This document shows, one piece after another, positions 20,181-29,035 of a stretch of 64,000 nt of DNA. Within the stretch, counting starts at the first letter, position 1. Every line of letters starts with the position of its first letter. Both the position numbers and the translations under genes were made by a program. The stretch comes from an uncultured delta proteobacterium. GTDB taxonomy: Bacteria > Myxococcota_A > Polyangia > Fen-1088. The notes beneath the pieces are model-generated. The model was not told where the DNA came from. It saw only the letters and a list, made by a program, of their open reading frames with translations, and ran no database searches. The stretch spans positions 1,088,001-1,152,000 of the forward strand of contig CAVYGB010000010.1 in assembly GCA_963767925.1 (NCBI GenBank), given 5' to 3'.

Positions 20181-22795
20181 ACGCCGCCCGGCCGGGTGGC
20201 GAAGTCGACCGTCTGGGTCGGGCGGAGCTTCACGTCGGGAAGCCCCTCGGCCGCCCCCGGCGCCAGGCGGGGACGCCCGGGCGAGACCATCTTGAAGAAC
20301 GGGTTGGGGTTGGCCCCGGCGGCGGTCGTGGTGGGGATGCGGGTCGACCCCTCGGTGACGACCACCGGCCCCTGGGTCTGCAGGCGGAGGTTGCCGCCGA
20401 GCTTCGAGCGGACCACCGCCCGGGTGACCGCGCCCGCCTTCCACTCCATGTCCACCTGGAAGGCTCCGCGCGCCTTGAGGCCGGTGACCTGCCCCCGGGG
20501 CCAGGCCCAGGGCAGCGCCGGCAGCAGGTGGATCGACCCGGCGTGGCTCTGCACCAGCATCTCGGCCACCCCGGCGGTGTAGCCGAAGTTGCCGTCGATC
20601 TGGAAAGGGGGGTGGGCGTCGAACATGTTGGGGTAGAGGCCCCCGCCGCCCATGGTCACCTCGGAGGAGCCCACCGGGTTGAACAGGTTGCGGACGATCT
20701 TGTAGGCGTGGTCCCCGTCGCGCATGCGGGCCCAGAAGTTGATCTTCCAGCCCATCGACCAGCCGGTGGCCTCGTCGCCCCGCAGGTCCAGGGTGCGCGC
20801 CACCGCCCGGAACAGCTCCGGCGTCTCGGGCGTGATCTGGTTGCTGGGGTGCAGGCCATAGAGGTGCGACAGGTGGCGGTGCTTCGGCTCGTGCTCGCCG
20901 AAGTCCTCGCGCCACTCCTGGAGCTGCGAGCGCGCCCCGATGCGGTAGGGGGCCAGGCGGGCCAGCTTGCGGCGCAGCTCCCGCTGCAAGGGGCGGTCCC
21001 GCTTGAGCAGCTCGGCCGCCTCGATGGTGCGGGTGAACAGCTCGCGCACGATGGCGAGGTCCATCGTCGTGCCGAAGGAGGCTTGCCCGGGCCCGCCCCC
21101 TGGCGAGAGGAAGCGGTTCTCGGGCGAGGTGCTCACGGGGGTGACCAGCTCGCCCTTGCCGATGTCCATCAGCCAGTCGGCGTAGAACTCGGCCGCCCCC
21201 TTCATGATGGGGTAGGCCTCGCTGGCCAGGAAGGCCTTGTCGCCGGTGAACAGGTAGCGCTCCCAGAAGTGCGAGGCGAACCAGCCGCCCGCCATGTTCC
21301 AGAACGCCGCCCGCGGGTTGCCGTCCACCGGGAAGGCGTCCCGCCAGATGGTCGTGTTGTGGTGGGCGACCCAGCCCCGGTGCTTGTACATCCGGCGGGC
21401 GGCGATGGCCCCGGTGCGCGACACCTCCTTGACCATGCGGAACAGGGGCTCCTGCAGCTCCGAGAGGTTGGTGACCTCGGCGGGCCAGTAGTTCATCTGG
21501 GTGTTGATGTTGATTGTGTAGGCCGAGGCCCAGGGCGGCACCACCTGGTCGTTCCAGATCCCCTGCAGGTTGAGGGGCTGGGTGCCCGGCCGCGAGCCGG
21601 CGATGAGCAGGTACCGCCCGAACTGGAAGGCGAGCGCGGCCAGGTCGGGATCGCCCGAGACGGCGAAGGAGGCGATGCGCTGGTCGGTGGGCAGCTTGTC
21701 CTTGGCCGGATCGCCGTCCATGCGCAGCGACACCCGATCGAACAGCGCCCGGTAGTCGTCGAGGTGGCGCTTCTGCAAGCTGGCGAAGTCACGCGCCCCC
21801 GCCGCCCGCAGGTCCTGGGTGGTGCGCCGGGCGGGGTCCACCCCGGCGCGGCTGGGGCTCTTGAGGAACCCGTTGAAGCTGCTGCCGGCGGCGATCAGCA
21901 GCACCGCCTCGCTGGCCCCCTCGACCTGCAGGCCCTTGGCGTTGCCCACGACCTTGCCGTCGGTCTGGATGGCCAGGCGCGACTCGAAGAACATCCCCTT
22001 GCCGCCGATGGCGTCGCCGTACAGCACCTGGGCGGCGTGGGGCAGCCGCTTGCCGCTCTTGTCGTACAGCTCGGGGTACTTGTGCTGGTCGCCCCACTCC
22101 TCGATGGTGTTCATCGGGCGGCGGGCGACGAAGCCGGGGAGCTGCCCGCGCATGACGAGGCCTTCGCCCGACAGCTCCGACTTCGCGGTCGGGTGCACCG
22201 AGCTGAAGCTGGCGCTGAACCCCAGCGCGCCGGGCTGGCCGGCCCGCAGGCGGATCACGATCACCTGGTCGGGCTGGCTGGCGAAGACCTCGCGGGTGAA
22301 GATGATGCCGTTGCGGCGGAAGCTCACCCCGGCGGTGGCGGTGGCCAGGTCCAGGTAGCGGCGGTAGCCGGTGACCTCGCCCTGGGCGGTGAACTCGAGG
22401 TGCAGGTCACCGAGCGGCTGGTAACACTGCTGGTTGCGCCCCAGCCAGTTCTTCTGGATGAAGGTGTCGGCCTCGGCGTTCTTGTTGGCCTTGATGAGGG
22501 CCACCACCTTGCGCAGGGTCTTGCTGACGTTGACCGTGCGCAGGTCGGCGGGCGGCTCGCCCGAATAGAGGGTGTCCTCGTTGAGCTGCAGGCGCTCCCG
22601 GTCGGTACCGCCGTAGATCATCGCCCCCATCCGACCGTTGCCGATCGGCAGCGCCTCCACCCACTTGGTGGCCGCCTTGTCGTAACGGAGCGTGAGCCCC
22701 GGAGTCGGTTCGACGGGCTCGAACGCCAGGGCGGGCTCGGCCCTCGAGGCGGCTGCGGCCACCCCGATAACTAGAAATAGATACGCGGTGCGCAT
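20144..22795 (-). CDS. Glycoside hydrolase family 95 (alpha-1,2-L-fucosidase-like), secreted
   Basis: ATG 22795 with signal peptide; 'WVEALPIGNGRMGAM', 'YTININTQMNYW', 'HRHLSHLYGLHP', 'PPFQIDGNFG'. Confidence 0.93.
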   Translation of the reverse strand: MRTAYLFLVIGVAAAASRAEPALAFEPVEPTPGLTLRYDKAATKWVEALPIGNGRMGAMIYGGTDRERLQLNEDTLYSGEPPADLRTVNVSKTLRKVVALIKANKNAEADTFIQKNWLGRNQQCYQPLGDLHLEFTAQGEVTGYRRYLDLATATAGVSFRRNGIIFTREVFASQPDQVIVIRLRAGQPGALGFSASFSSVHPTAKSELSGEGLVMRGQLPGFVARRPMNTIEEWGDQHKYPELYDKSGKRLPHAAQVLYGDAIGGKGMFFESRLAIQTDGKVVGNAKGLQVEGASEAVLLIAAGSSFNGFLKSPSRAGVDPARRTTQDLRAAGARDFASLQKRHLDDYRALFDRVSLRMDGDPAKDKLPTDQRIASFAVSGDPDLAALAFQFGRYLLIAGSRPGTQPLNLQGIWNDQVVPPWASAYTININTQMNYWPAEVTNLSELQEPLFRMVKEVSRTGAIAARRMYKHRGWVAHHNTTIWRDAFPVDGNPRAAFWNMAGGWFASHFWERYLFTGDKAFLASEAYPIMKGAAEFYADWLMDIGKGELVTPVSTSPENRFLSPGGGPGQASFGTTMDLAIVRELFTRTIEAAELLKRDRPLQRELRRKLARLAPYRIGARSQLQEWREDFGEHEPKHRHLSHLYGLHPSNQITPETPELFRAVARTLDLRGDEATGWSMGWKINFWARMRDGDHAYKIVRNLFNPVGSSEVTMGGGGLYPNMFDAHPPFQIDGNFGYTAGVAEMLVQSHAGSIHLLPALPWAWPRGQVTGLKARGAFQVDMEWKAGAVTRAVVRSKLGGNLRLQTQGPVVVTEGSTRIPTTTAAGANPNPFFKMVSPGRPRLAPGAAEGLPDVKLRPTQTVDFATRPGGVYTIVPALPSSS

Positions 22796-22839
22796 GACGC
22801 CGGAGCGTACCCCCGGAGGTCGCCCGCGGTCGAGTGGGG

Positions 22840-23400
22840 TCAGCGCCGGGTCGCAGCACGCCGGGCGCAGGCGCGGGCCACCGCCCGGGATGCCTCGAGG
22901 TAGCTGGGGTGCCGGTCGAGGTATTTCCCCCTTGCTTCTGCGAGGGCGGCGCGGGCGCGGGCGCAGTCGGGGCTGGGGGCGGGCGCGCAGAGCGCCGCCG
23001 TCCGGGCCCGGGTCGCCAGGACGTCGGGATGACGCGACAGGTACTTCGCCTCCGCCTCGGCCAGATCGGCGCGGGCCTGCGCGCAGTCGCCGTTCGGCGC
23101 GGGCCGACAGGCCGCTTCGGCCCGGGCCGCCGACTCCGCCACGGCCGGGTGCCGCTCGAGGTGGCGCGTCCGCACCTCGGCGGCCCGGCGGGTCTCCTCC
23201 TGGCATACCGATGAGGCCGGAGCGGGCGGCGCCGGCGCTGCTGCTGGCGAAGCACTCGCTGCTGCCGAGGCAGCAGCGGCCGGGGACGCGGCCGCTGCAG
23301 CGGTCGCGGAGGTGGTGGGAGCGGCGCGGGCGGGCGCCCCGGCGAGCGCCGCCAGCACCATCGTCGCCGTCACCACCAGGAGCGGAAACCCCGTCGCCAT
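22840..23400 (-). CDS. Secreted protein with three Cys-flanked 'Y/H-L-x-R-H-P' helical repeats
   Basis: ATG 23400, signal peptide, Ala/Pro linker, repeats HLERHPAV / KYLSRHPDV / KYLDRHPSY. Confidence 0.65.
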   Translation of the reverse strand: MATGFPLLVVTATMVLAALAGAPARAAPTTSATAAAAASPAAAASAAASASPAAAPAPPAPASSVCQEETRRAAEVRTRHLERHPAVAESAARAEAACRPAPNGDCAQARADLAEAEAKYLSRHPDVLATRARTAALCAPAPSPDCARARAALAEARGKYLDRHPSYLEASRAVARACARRAATRR

Positions 23401-23518
23401 GCTGGCATCATAGGTCCGGAAGATCGGCCCGGGCGAGCTTTCCAGGTTGCTTCCGGGCGAGCCCGGATGAATCCTGCAAGGATCATCAGAAGGCAGTGAC
23501 CGCTCCAAGGAGGACACC

Positions 23519-24178
23519 ATGGCTCTTCGTATCGGGGATATCGCACCGGATTTCGACGCCGAGACGACCTCCGGCCCCATCAAGTTCCACGACTGGGTCG
23601 GCGATTCGTGGGCGGTGCTCTTCTCGCACCCCAAGGACTTCACCCCGGTGTGCACGACCGAGCTCGGCTACATGGCCCGCCTCAAGCCGGAGTTCGACAA
23701 GCGCAACGTCAAGATCATCGGCCTCAGCGTCGACCCGGTAGACAACCACTCCCGCTGGGCCGACGACATCAAGGAGACGCAGGGCTACGCCCCCAACTTC
23801 CCGATGATCGGCGATCCCGAGCTGAAGGTGGCCAAGGCCTGGGGCATGTTGCCGGCCGAGCTGGTCGGCAGCTCGCAGGGCCGCACGCCGATGGACAATC
23901 AGACCGTGCGCAACGTCTTCGTCGTCGGCCCCGACAAGAAGGTGAAGCTGATCCTGGTCTACCCCATGACCACCGGGCGCAACTTCGACGAGGTCCTGCG
24001 CGTGATCGATTCGCTGCAGCTCACCGCCAAGCACAAGGTGGCGACCCCCGTGAACTGGAAACACGGAGAAGACGTCATCATCGCCGGCTCGGTCTCCGAC
24101 GAGGACGCCAAGAAGCAATACCCCCAGGGCTGGAAAGCCCCCCGCCCCTACCTCCGCATCGTCCCCCAGCCGAAGTAA
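23519..24178 (+). CDS. 1-Cys peroxiredoxin (Prx6 family)
   Basis: 'FSHPKDFTPVCTTELG', 'YPMTTGRNFDE'; AGGAGG ribosome-binding site. Confidence 0.95.
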   Translation: MALRIGDIAPDFDAETTSGPIKFHDWVGDSWAVLFSHPKDFTPVCTTELGYMARLKPEFDKRNVKIIGLSVDPVDNHSRWADDIKETQGYAPNFPMIGDPELKVAKAWGMLPAELVGSSQGRTPMDNQTVRNVFVVGPDKKVKLILVYPMTTGRNFDEVLRVIDSLQLTAKHKVATPVNWKHGEDVIIAGSVSDEDAKKQYPQGWKAPRPYLRIVPQPK

Positions 24179-24277
24179 CCCGCGCCCGCGCAGCCCCGCC
24201 CAGTCGCTGACCGCGGGGCTGCAGCGCCGCGCCCCGGTCTCGACACGGTTGAGCCAGGCCCATCCGCCACCTGTTTG

Positions 24278-24322
24278 CCCTCGCCCCGCGGTCCGCCGCT
24301 GGGAGAGGGAATGGGTGAGGGG
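24278..24322. repeat. REP-like palindromic element (CCCTCGCCC...GGGAGAGGG-AAT-GGGTGAGGG)
   Basis: Resembles the CCCTCTCCC/GGGAGAGGG..GGGTGAGGG intergenic REP type; lies downstream of the peroxiredoxin. Confidence 0.5.
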
Positions 24323-24464
24323 CGGCTGCCACGCCGGGCGTCCCCACCCGGCACGCGACCCGCCGACCCTTCCGAGCGGGAGAGGTGATCGCGCCAGGGT
24401 CCAACCACCGCCCTTGGCGCGAGCCGGCGCCCGACGCCCTTGCCCTCCCTCGGGCGAAATATTC

Positions 24465-24489
24465 GATAGTGATTATCAGTTTCACTATC
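24465..24489. promoter_or_regulatory. Fur-box-like operator
   Basis: GATAGTGATTATCAGTTTC matches the GATAATGATAATCATTATC consensus at 15/19. It also forms GATAGTGA-N9-TCACTATC and is an AT-rich patch upstream of the MxcI-like gene. Confidence 0.7.
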
Positions 24490-24532
24490 TCGTCTGCGGG
24501 GAGGAGGCCACCTTTCGCTGGCCGTCATCGCC

Positions 24533-25774
24533 GTGCGGAAAGGAAGGCCCATCGTGCTTCGACGTCCCCTCATCTCTGTCCCCGGCCTGCTCACCACCGT
24601 CGCCCTGGTTGCCCTGGCCTCCTGCAGCGCCAATCCGCCGGGAGAGGCGCCCCCCAGCGGCGTCGCGGGCGAGGGGCCGCTGTACCTGCTGGCGACGGCG
24701 GTCTCGGGCGACGACAGCGCCACCACCTACCTCAAGGTTTCGAATCAGGTCCCCCAGGGTGAGGTCGACCTGCTGAACACCCGCGAGTTCCCCGGCTGGT
24801 CCGACGTCAAGGTCAGCGGGGGCAAGATCTTCGTCTCCAGCGGCGAGTCGCCCATCGTCTCCCGCTTCGCGGTGGCCGCCGACGGCAGCCTGCAGAAGGA
24901 GGGGGAGATCGGCTTTGCCAACCACGCGATGGACGCCGCCATGTACCAGCACGTCTTCATCAGCCCGGAGAAGGCCTACCTGCTGGGCGACGGCGGCGAC
25001 TACGTCATCTGGAACCCCAGCACCATGGAGATCCTGGGCACCATCGCCGTCCCGCGCCTGCCCGTGCGCGACGGCGTCGAGCCGGCCCCCAGCCTGGATC
25101 GCGGCATGATCGTGCGCGACGGGCGCCTGTACCACGCGGTGGCCTACTCGAACTACGAGACCTACAAGATGTTCCCCGAATCGAACATCGTCGTGGTGGA
25201 CGTCGTCGCCGATCGCTTCGTCGAGAGCATCGCCGTCCCCTGCCCCGACCTCAACGTCGCCACCGAAGACCCGGCCGGCAACCTGATCTTCAGCAACTGG
25301 GTCTACTCGCCCGCCGCCACCCTGGTGCACGGCGGGGCCAACGCCTGCCTGGTGAAGATCCCCGCCGGCCAGACCACCATCGACCCCGCCTCCGTCGTCG
25401 CCTTCAAGGACGTCACCGGCGGCCACGAGGCGGCCGCCGTGTCGGTGCTGGCCAACGGCCGGGCCATCGTCTCGGTGTTCTACGAGGACAACCAGCCCTT
25501 CGACCCCAGCAAGGACGACATCTTCGACTGGGTCTTCGGGGCGAACTGGAAGACCGTCGAGCTCGACCTCACCCGCCGCACCACCACCGAGCTGCGCGGC
25601 CTCGACTGGCACGGCGGGGGCTACTACACCGCCACCTTCGACGACACCGACTACCTGCTCCTGCCGGGCAAGGGCTACACCACCACCCAGATCTACGAGC
25701 TCGACCCCCAGAGCGGCGCCCGCCTCCGCGCCCAGACCAAGGGCTGGGCCACCCGCCTCTTCCGCCTGCGCTGA
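24533..25774 (+). CDS. MxcI-like / beta-propeller lipoprotein, probably iron-related
   Basis: Lipobox 'ALASC'; 'REFPG', 'VFISPEKAY', 'VIWNPSTMEILG', 'GNLIFSNW'; upstream Fur-like box. Confidence 0.7.
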   Translation: MRKGRPIVLRRPLISVPGLLTTVALVALASCSANPPGEAPPSGVAGEGPLYLLATAVSGDDSATTYLKVSNQVPQGEVDLLNTREFPGWSDVKVSGGKIFVSSGESPIVSRFAVAADGSLQKEGEIGFANHAMDAAMYQHVFISPEKAYLLGDGGDYVIWNPSTMEILGTIAVPRLPVRDGVEPAPSLDRGMIVRDGRLYHAVAYSNYETYKMFPESNIVVVDVVADRFVESIAVPCPDLNVATEDPAGNLIFSNWVYSPAATLVHGGANACLVKIPAGQTTIDPASVVAFKDVTGGHEAAAVSVLANGRAIVSVFYEDNQPFDPSKDDIFDWVFGANWKTVELDLTRRTTTELRGLDWHGGGYYTATFDDTDYLLLPGKGYTTTQIYELDPQSGARLRAQTKGWATRLFRLR

Positions 25775-25789
25775 ACGCCGGGCCCGCTG

Positions 25790-26272
25790 CTATTGCCGGC
25801 GCGCCGTGAAGCCGCTCACCAGGAACTTCGTGTTGATGAACCGCAGCTCGCGCCCGCGGTCGAGGATGACGAAGGAGACCGGAAGGGGCTCCTTGATCGG
25901 CGAGGTCGGAAAGACGGCCTCCGCCTGACCGAAACCATCCGGTCCCACCGAATAGGTGCAGCTCGCCGAATCGAACTGCGCCTTCTCGCCCGCGATGTTG
26001 ACGATGTTCCGCACCGAGCACCCCCCCTCCCCGTCGAACCGGATGCGCCCGATCCCCACCGTCGGCGTCGCCTCCGGCACCGCCGGCGGCAGCAGGTAAC
26101 CCACTTCGGTAGCGAACCCCCAGCTCCCCTCGACCGAACGCTCGTCGAACCCCCGCCCCGCCCCATCCACATCGCCATCCGCCCGCAAGGGCCGCGCCGT
26201 CACCACCGTCCCCACCACCGCCCCCAGCAAGATCCCACCGCCCGCAACCAAGAACCCATTCCGCTTCATCAT
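25790..26272 (-). CDS. Hypothetical secreted beta-rich protein
   Basis: N-terminal hydrophobic stretch, GAGG ribosome-binding site, 'VGIGRIRFDGEGGC...CTYSVGPDGFG'. Confidence 0.7.
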   Translation of the reverse strand: MMKRNGFLVAGGGILLGAVVGTVVTARPLRADGDVDGAGRGFDERSVEGSWGFATEVGYLLPPAVPEATPTVGIGRIRFDGEGGCSVRNIVNIAGEKAQFDSASCTYSVGPDGFGQAEAVFPTSPIKEPLPVSFVILDRGRELRFINTKFLVSGFTARRQ

Positions 26273-26609
26273 CGTCCGCCTCCTCTCGTGTCGTCCCTCC
26301 CACTAACGCAGCTCGCGGAAGATCTTCCAGGGGTTGCGGGCGCGTTTCAGAGCGAATCCAGGTCGGATTCCACGAGGGAAGATCCGGATGACGAGCCTGG
26401 CCAGGCATGGCCCTCCCCGGCGCGACGCGCACGGCACCCGAGCCGTGCACAGTTAAATTAATCCAGGGCCCGAACCAGGCGGTTGGCGGTCGAAGTCGAC
26501 AGGCGACGGAGCTCAAGGAGCCCATCCTGCGCCGGACTATCGGACATCTGCACTGAGCCAGCATGTAGACATTTGTATGGCACCCTGGCGAACGAAAAAC
26601 ACAGCGTCA

Positions 26610-27941
26610 CTAGCCCGTGCCGGAAACTTCGGGCCGCAGTTCTTCCTCGGTCATGGTTATTGCTGCCGACTTTTGTCGGCTCCCGGATTCCGTGGCCGGG
26701 CCGATGTCAACTAGGACGAGGTATAGGCGGCGACCGTGGTCGACCACGGATTCCGGCAGCAACACACGGGGACCGCCGATTCGGAAAACCACCAAAAACG
26801 CCTCCGGCAGGTGGTAGGTGTTTGCGAGTCGCCCCCAAGTATCCCAAACCTGCCTGACGGCGTGAGTCACAATAACACGTGGATTAGCATCGCCGTACTG
26901 TTTCGCCTCGACGTAGATGGGAGCTTCGAGGTGCGGTTCAAGAATGTCCGGGCGCAAGCCTGCAATCCTCGTATCAACCAACGGGTTCATGCCCTGGTCG
27001 AACAGGAACCGCGCGAACTCCTGTGTTAGATGGGCCTCGGCCGCTCGGGAGTCCTGCTCTGCGAGCGCGCGAAACCGCTCGGCATCGAAGCGCTCCGTCC
27101 GGGCAGCGAAGCGGCGCACGAGCGCAAAGTGCGACCGACCAATGGCCAGGCGATGGGTGAGGTCCTTGCAGACGAGCCGCAGGTCCGACTTGACGGCCTC
27201 AATAGTCTCCGCGAGGTCTCGCCTACCCTTGCTACTTCCGTCGCCGTAGAGTTCCTCGATTTCCTCCTTCGAACGCAGGTAGGCAGCCAGTTCTTCACGG
27301 CGGCGTTCGTCGCGCCAGATCTCGTCCGTCAACAAAGGGTTGAACCGGGCAGCGACATGCTTCAACCGTTCGATGGCGGCCCCCGCTAGAACGTGCGCGT
27401 CAAGCCAGAACCGGCGATGCTGATGATCATTGCGCAGCTTCGTCTGACTAACCTCATAAAAGAACGCCTGCACGGCCGCAGCCTCCGACGGCAGACGGCT
27501 GTCGGCCGCCTCTCGAATCCATTCGCTGTACGGCTCAATGGCAGCGACGATCTTGCCTGTCAAGCTCCCATTGGCAGGGGGCAAAGCATCCCGGGGAAAC
27601 GCGACGCGGGGGACCTGTTCGAAAAGCCTGTCGATCCCTTCTAGGGTCGACCGACTGTCATCCCGGACGTCAGGGTTTTTGGCGGTATCAACGACCAACC
27701 GGCGGATGGTTGGTCCCACCGCAATCCAGAGCGATCTCATGGCCGAAACACATTGGGTATCCTGCTCGGTGAGCGTTGCCTCCCTTTTCGTGGCCTCGTC
27801 TCGCATCTCCTCCACGATTCCGGCTAGAACCGGATGGCGTGCAAGGAATTCCAGCACTCTGGGAAGCGCTATCAGCGTGCGAGGCCCCGCGAGCCCTTCC
27901 ACGTAGCGGAACTCGCTTTCTACGATCCCGATTGTCGCCAC
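26610..27941 (-). CDS. PD-(D/E)xK nuclease-domain protein, 5' end interrupted by IS21
   Basis: C-terminal 'RPDIL...IYVEAKQY...QVWDTW' nuclease motif; lower GC3. The original N-terminus (GTG CTC GAT CTG) lies beyond the IS at 31537-31526. Confidence 0.7.
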   Translation of the reverse strand: MATIGIVESEFRYVEGLAGPRTLIALPRVLEFLARHPVLAGIVEEMRDEATKREATLTEQDTQCVSAMRSLWIAVGPTIRRLVVDTAKNPDVRDDSRSTLEGIDRLFEQVPRVAFPRDALPPANGSLTGKIVAAIEPYSEWIREAADSRLPSEAAAVQAFFYEVSQTKLRNDHQHRRFWLDAHVLAGAAIERLKHVAARFNPLLTDEIWRDERRREELAAYLRSKEEIEELYGDGSSKGRRDLAETIEAVKSDLRLVCKDLTHRLAIGRSHFALVRRFAARTERFDAERFRALAEQDSRAAEAHLTQEFARFLFDQGMNPLVDTRIAGLRPDILEPHLEAPIYVEAKQYGDANPRVIVTHAVRQVWDTWGRLANTYHLPEAFLVVFRIGGPRVLLPESVVDHGRRLYLVLVDIGPATESGSRQKSAAITMTEEELRPEVSGTG

Positions 27942-28221
27942 CGGTCTGAGAGGGTCCCCTTTTCACCGGGGTCACCGGAGCCCGGGCTTCGACGGCCGCT
28001 TGGCTGAAGATCCCCCCCGGGATCCATGTGTGACTGGGGCGCCGGTCTCCAAGGCGCCGTCGGCGGTGGTCGCCCCACGAAGTACGCCAGCCGGGAGACC
28101 CCGTCCTTCTGGGGGGGGGCCGGTGAGCGGAAAATTCGCGAAGCTGGCCCGATCAGGGTAGCGAGAAGAAGCCGACTCCCGGAGGGAGGAGGGACCCGGA
28201 GTTACGAGCTCCGAGTCCCTC

Positions 28222-28917
28222 GTGTCGATTCACGGGGACGTGTCCGACGAGATCGTCGTCGCACGGCCGCACGGCTCCGTCCAGTTTTCGGGTGTCGGCG
28301 CCCCCGGGGACGTGGACTCGCTTCGTTTCGTTGTCTGTGACCGGCCCGAGTGCCGGCAGGTGTTCTTCCTCTGCAGTCCCTGCGACCGCGGGGATCGATA
28401 CTGCTCGATCGGCTGCCGCACCAGGGCCCGCCGACAGACGCTGCTCGAAGCGGGGCGGCGCTATCAGGCCAGCCGCGACGGTCGCTTCGCGCACGCGGCT
28501 CGCCAGCGCGCCTACAACGAGAAAGTGACGCATCAGAGTCCCCGAGAATTTGCGTTTCCAGTACAGGTTGTCTTGCCGCTCACCACAGGCGGCAAGGAGG
28601 CCGCCGATGCACGACCGGATCTGGGTGACGATCCACCCGCGACGAGAGTGGACCAGGGTGCTAGTGACGGACGGACCAGAGCAGACGCTGCTCAAGGCAA
28701 GGCTGGCCCCGACGCCGTGGCACCAGCGGGCGCTGCCGACGCTGCTGGAGGCGCTGGCGCTGTGGCACAGCCGGCCGGTCCACGCTGTGCTCGCTGCAGA
28801 CGCCCAGGACGGTACGTTCGTGACGAATTTGTGTCCCGATCTGGCCGCCGAGCACCTGCGGACGCCGCTGTACACGCTCGAGGTGGTCGCGGCCCGCCGC
28901 CCTCCGCGCCGACGTGA
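28222..28917 (+). CDS. IS-borne Cys-rich (zinc-binding) hypothetical protein, start uncertain
   Basis: 'CDRPECRQVFFLCSPCDRGDRYCSIGC...RRYQASRDGRFAHAARQRAY..KVTHQ' plus C-terminal 'CARC'. Confidence 0.6.
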   Translation: MSIHGDVSDEIVVARPHGSVQFSGVGAPGDVDSLRFVVCDRPECRQVFFLCSPCDRGDRYCSIGCRTRARRQTLLEAGRRYQASRDGRFAHAARQRAYNEKVTHQSPREFAFPVQVVLPLTTGGKEAADARPDLGDDPPATRVDQGASDGRTRADAAQGKAGPDAVAPAGAADAAGGAGAVAQPAGPRCARCRRPGRYVRDEFVSRSGRRAPADAAVHARGGRGPPPSAPT

Positions 28918-28984
28918 TCGGCTCGATGGTCTTGGCGATTTCCGTGACCTGCGCCAGCTGACGCTCTTTGAGATGGCGCGATGA
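28607..28984 (+). CDS. IS-borne small hypothetical protein (125 aa)
   Basis: ATG 28607 with AAGGAGG at 28594-28600; 'TRVLVTDGPEQTLLKARL...RALPTLLEALALW'. Confidence 0.7.
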   Translation: MHDRIWVTIHPRREWTRVLVTDGPEQTLLKARLAPTPWHQRALPTLLEALALWHSRPVHAVLAADAQDGTFVTNLCPDLAAEHLRTPLYTLEVVAARRPPRRRDRLDGLGDFRDLRQLTLFEMAR

Positions 28985-29035
28985 TCATCGTCCTGTCTGC
29001 AGCGGCCCCTCCGCACTCGATGACCATCGCTGATC

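Noticed and set aside
23415..26390. Similar GGAAGATC / TTCCAGG(G)TTGC / GAATCC words upstream of the peroxiredoxin (~23415-23485) and the 26272 gene (~26315-26390)
   Set aside because: The matches are short and inconsistently spaced and oriented; not distinguishable from chance without a motif search.
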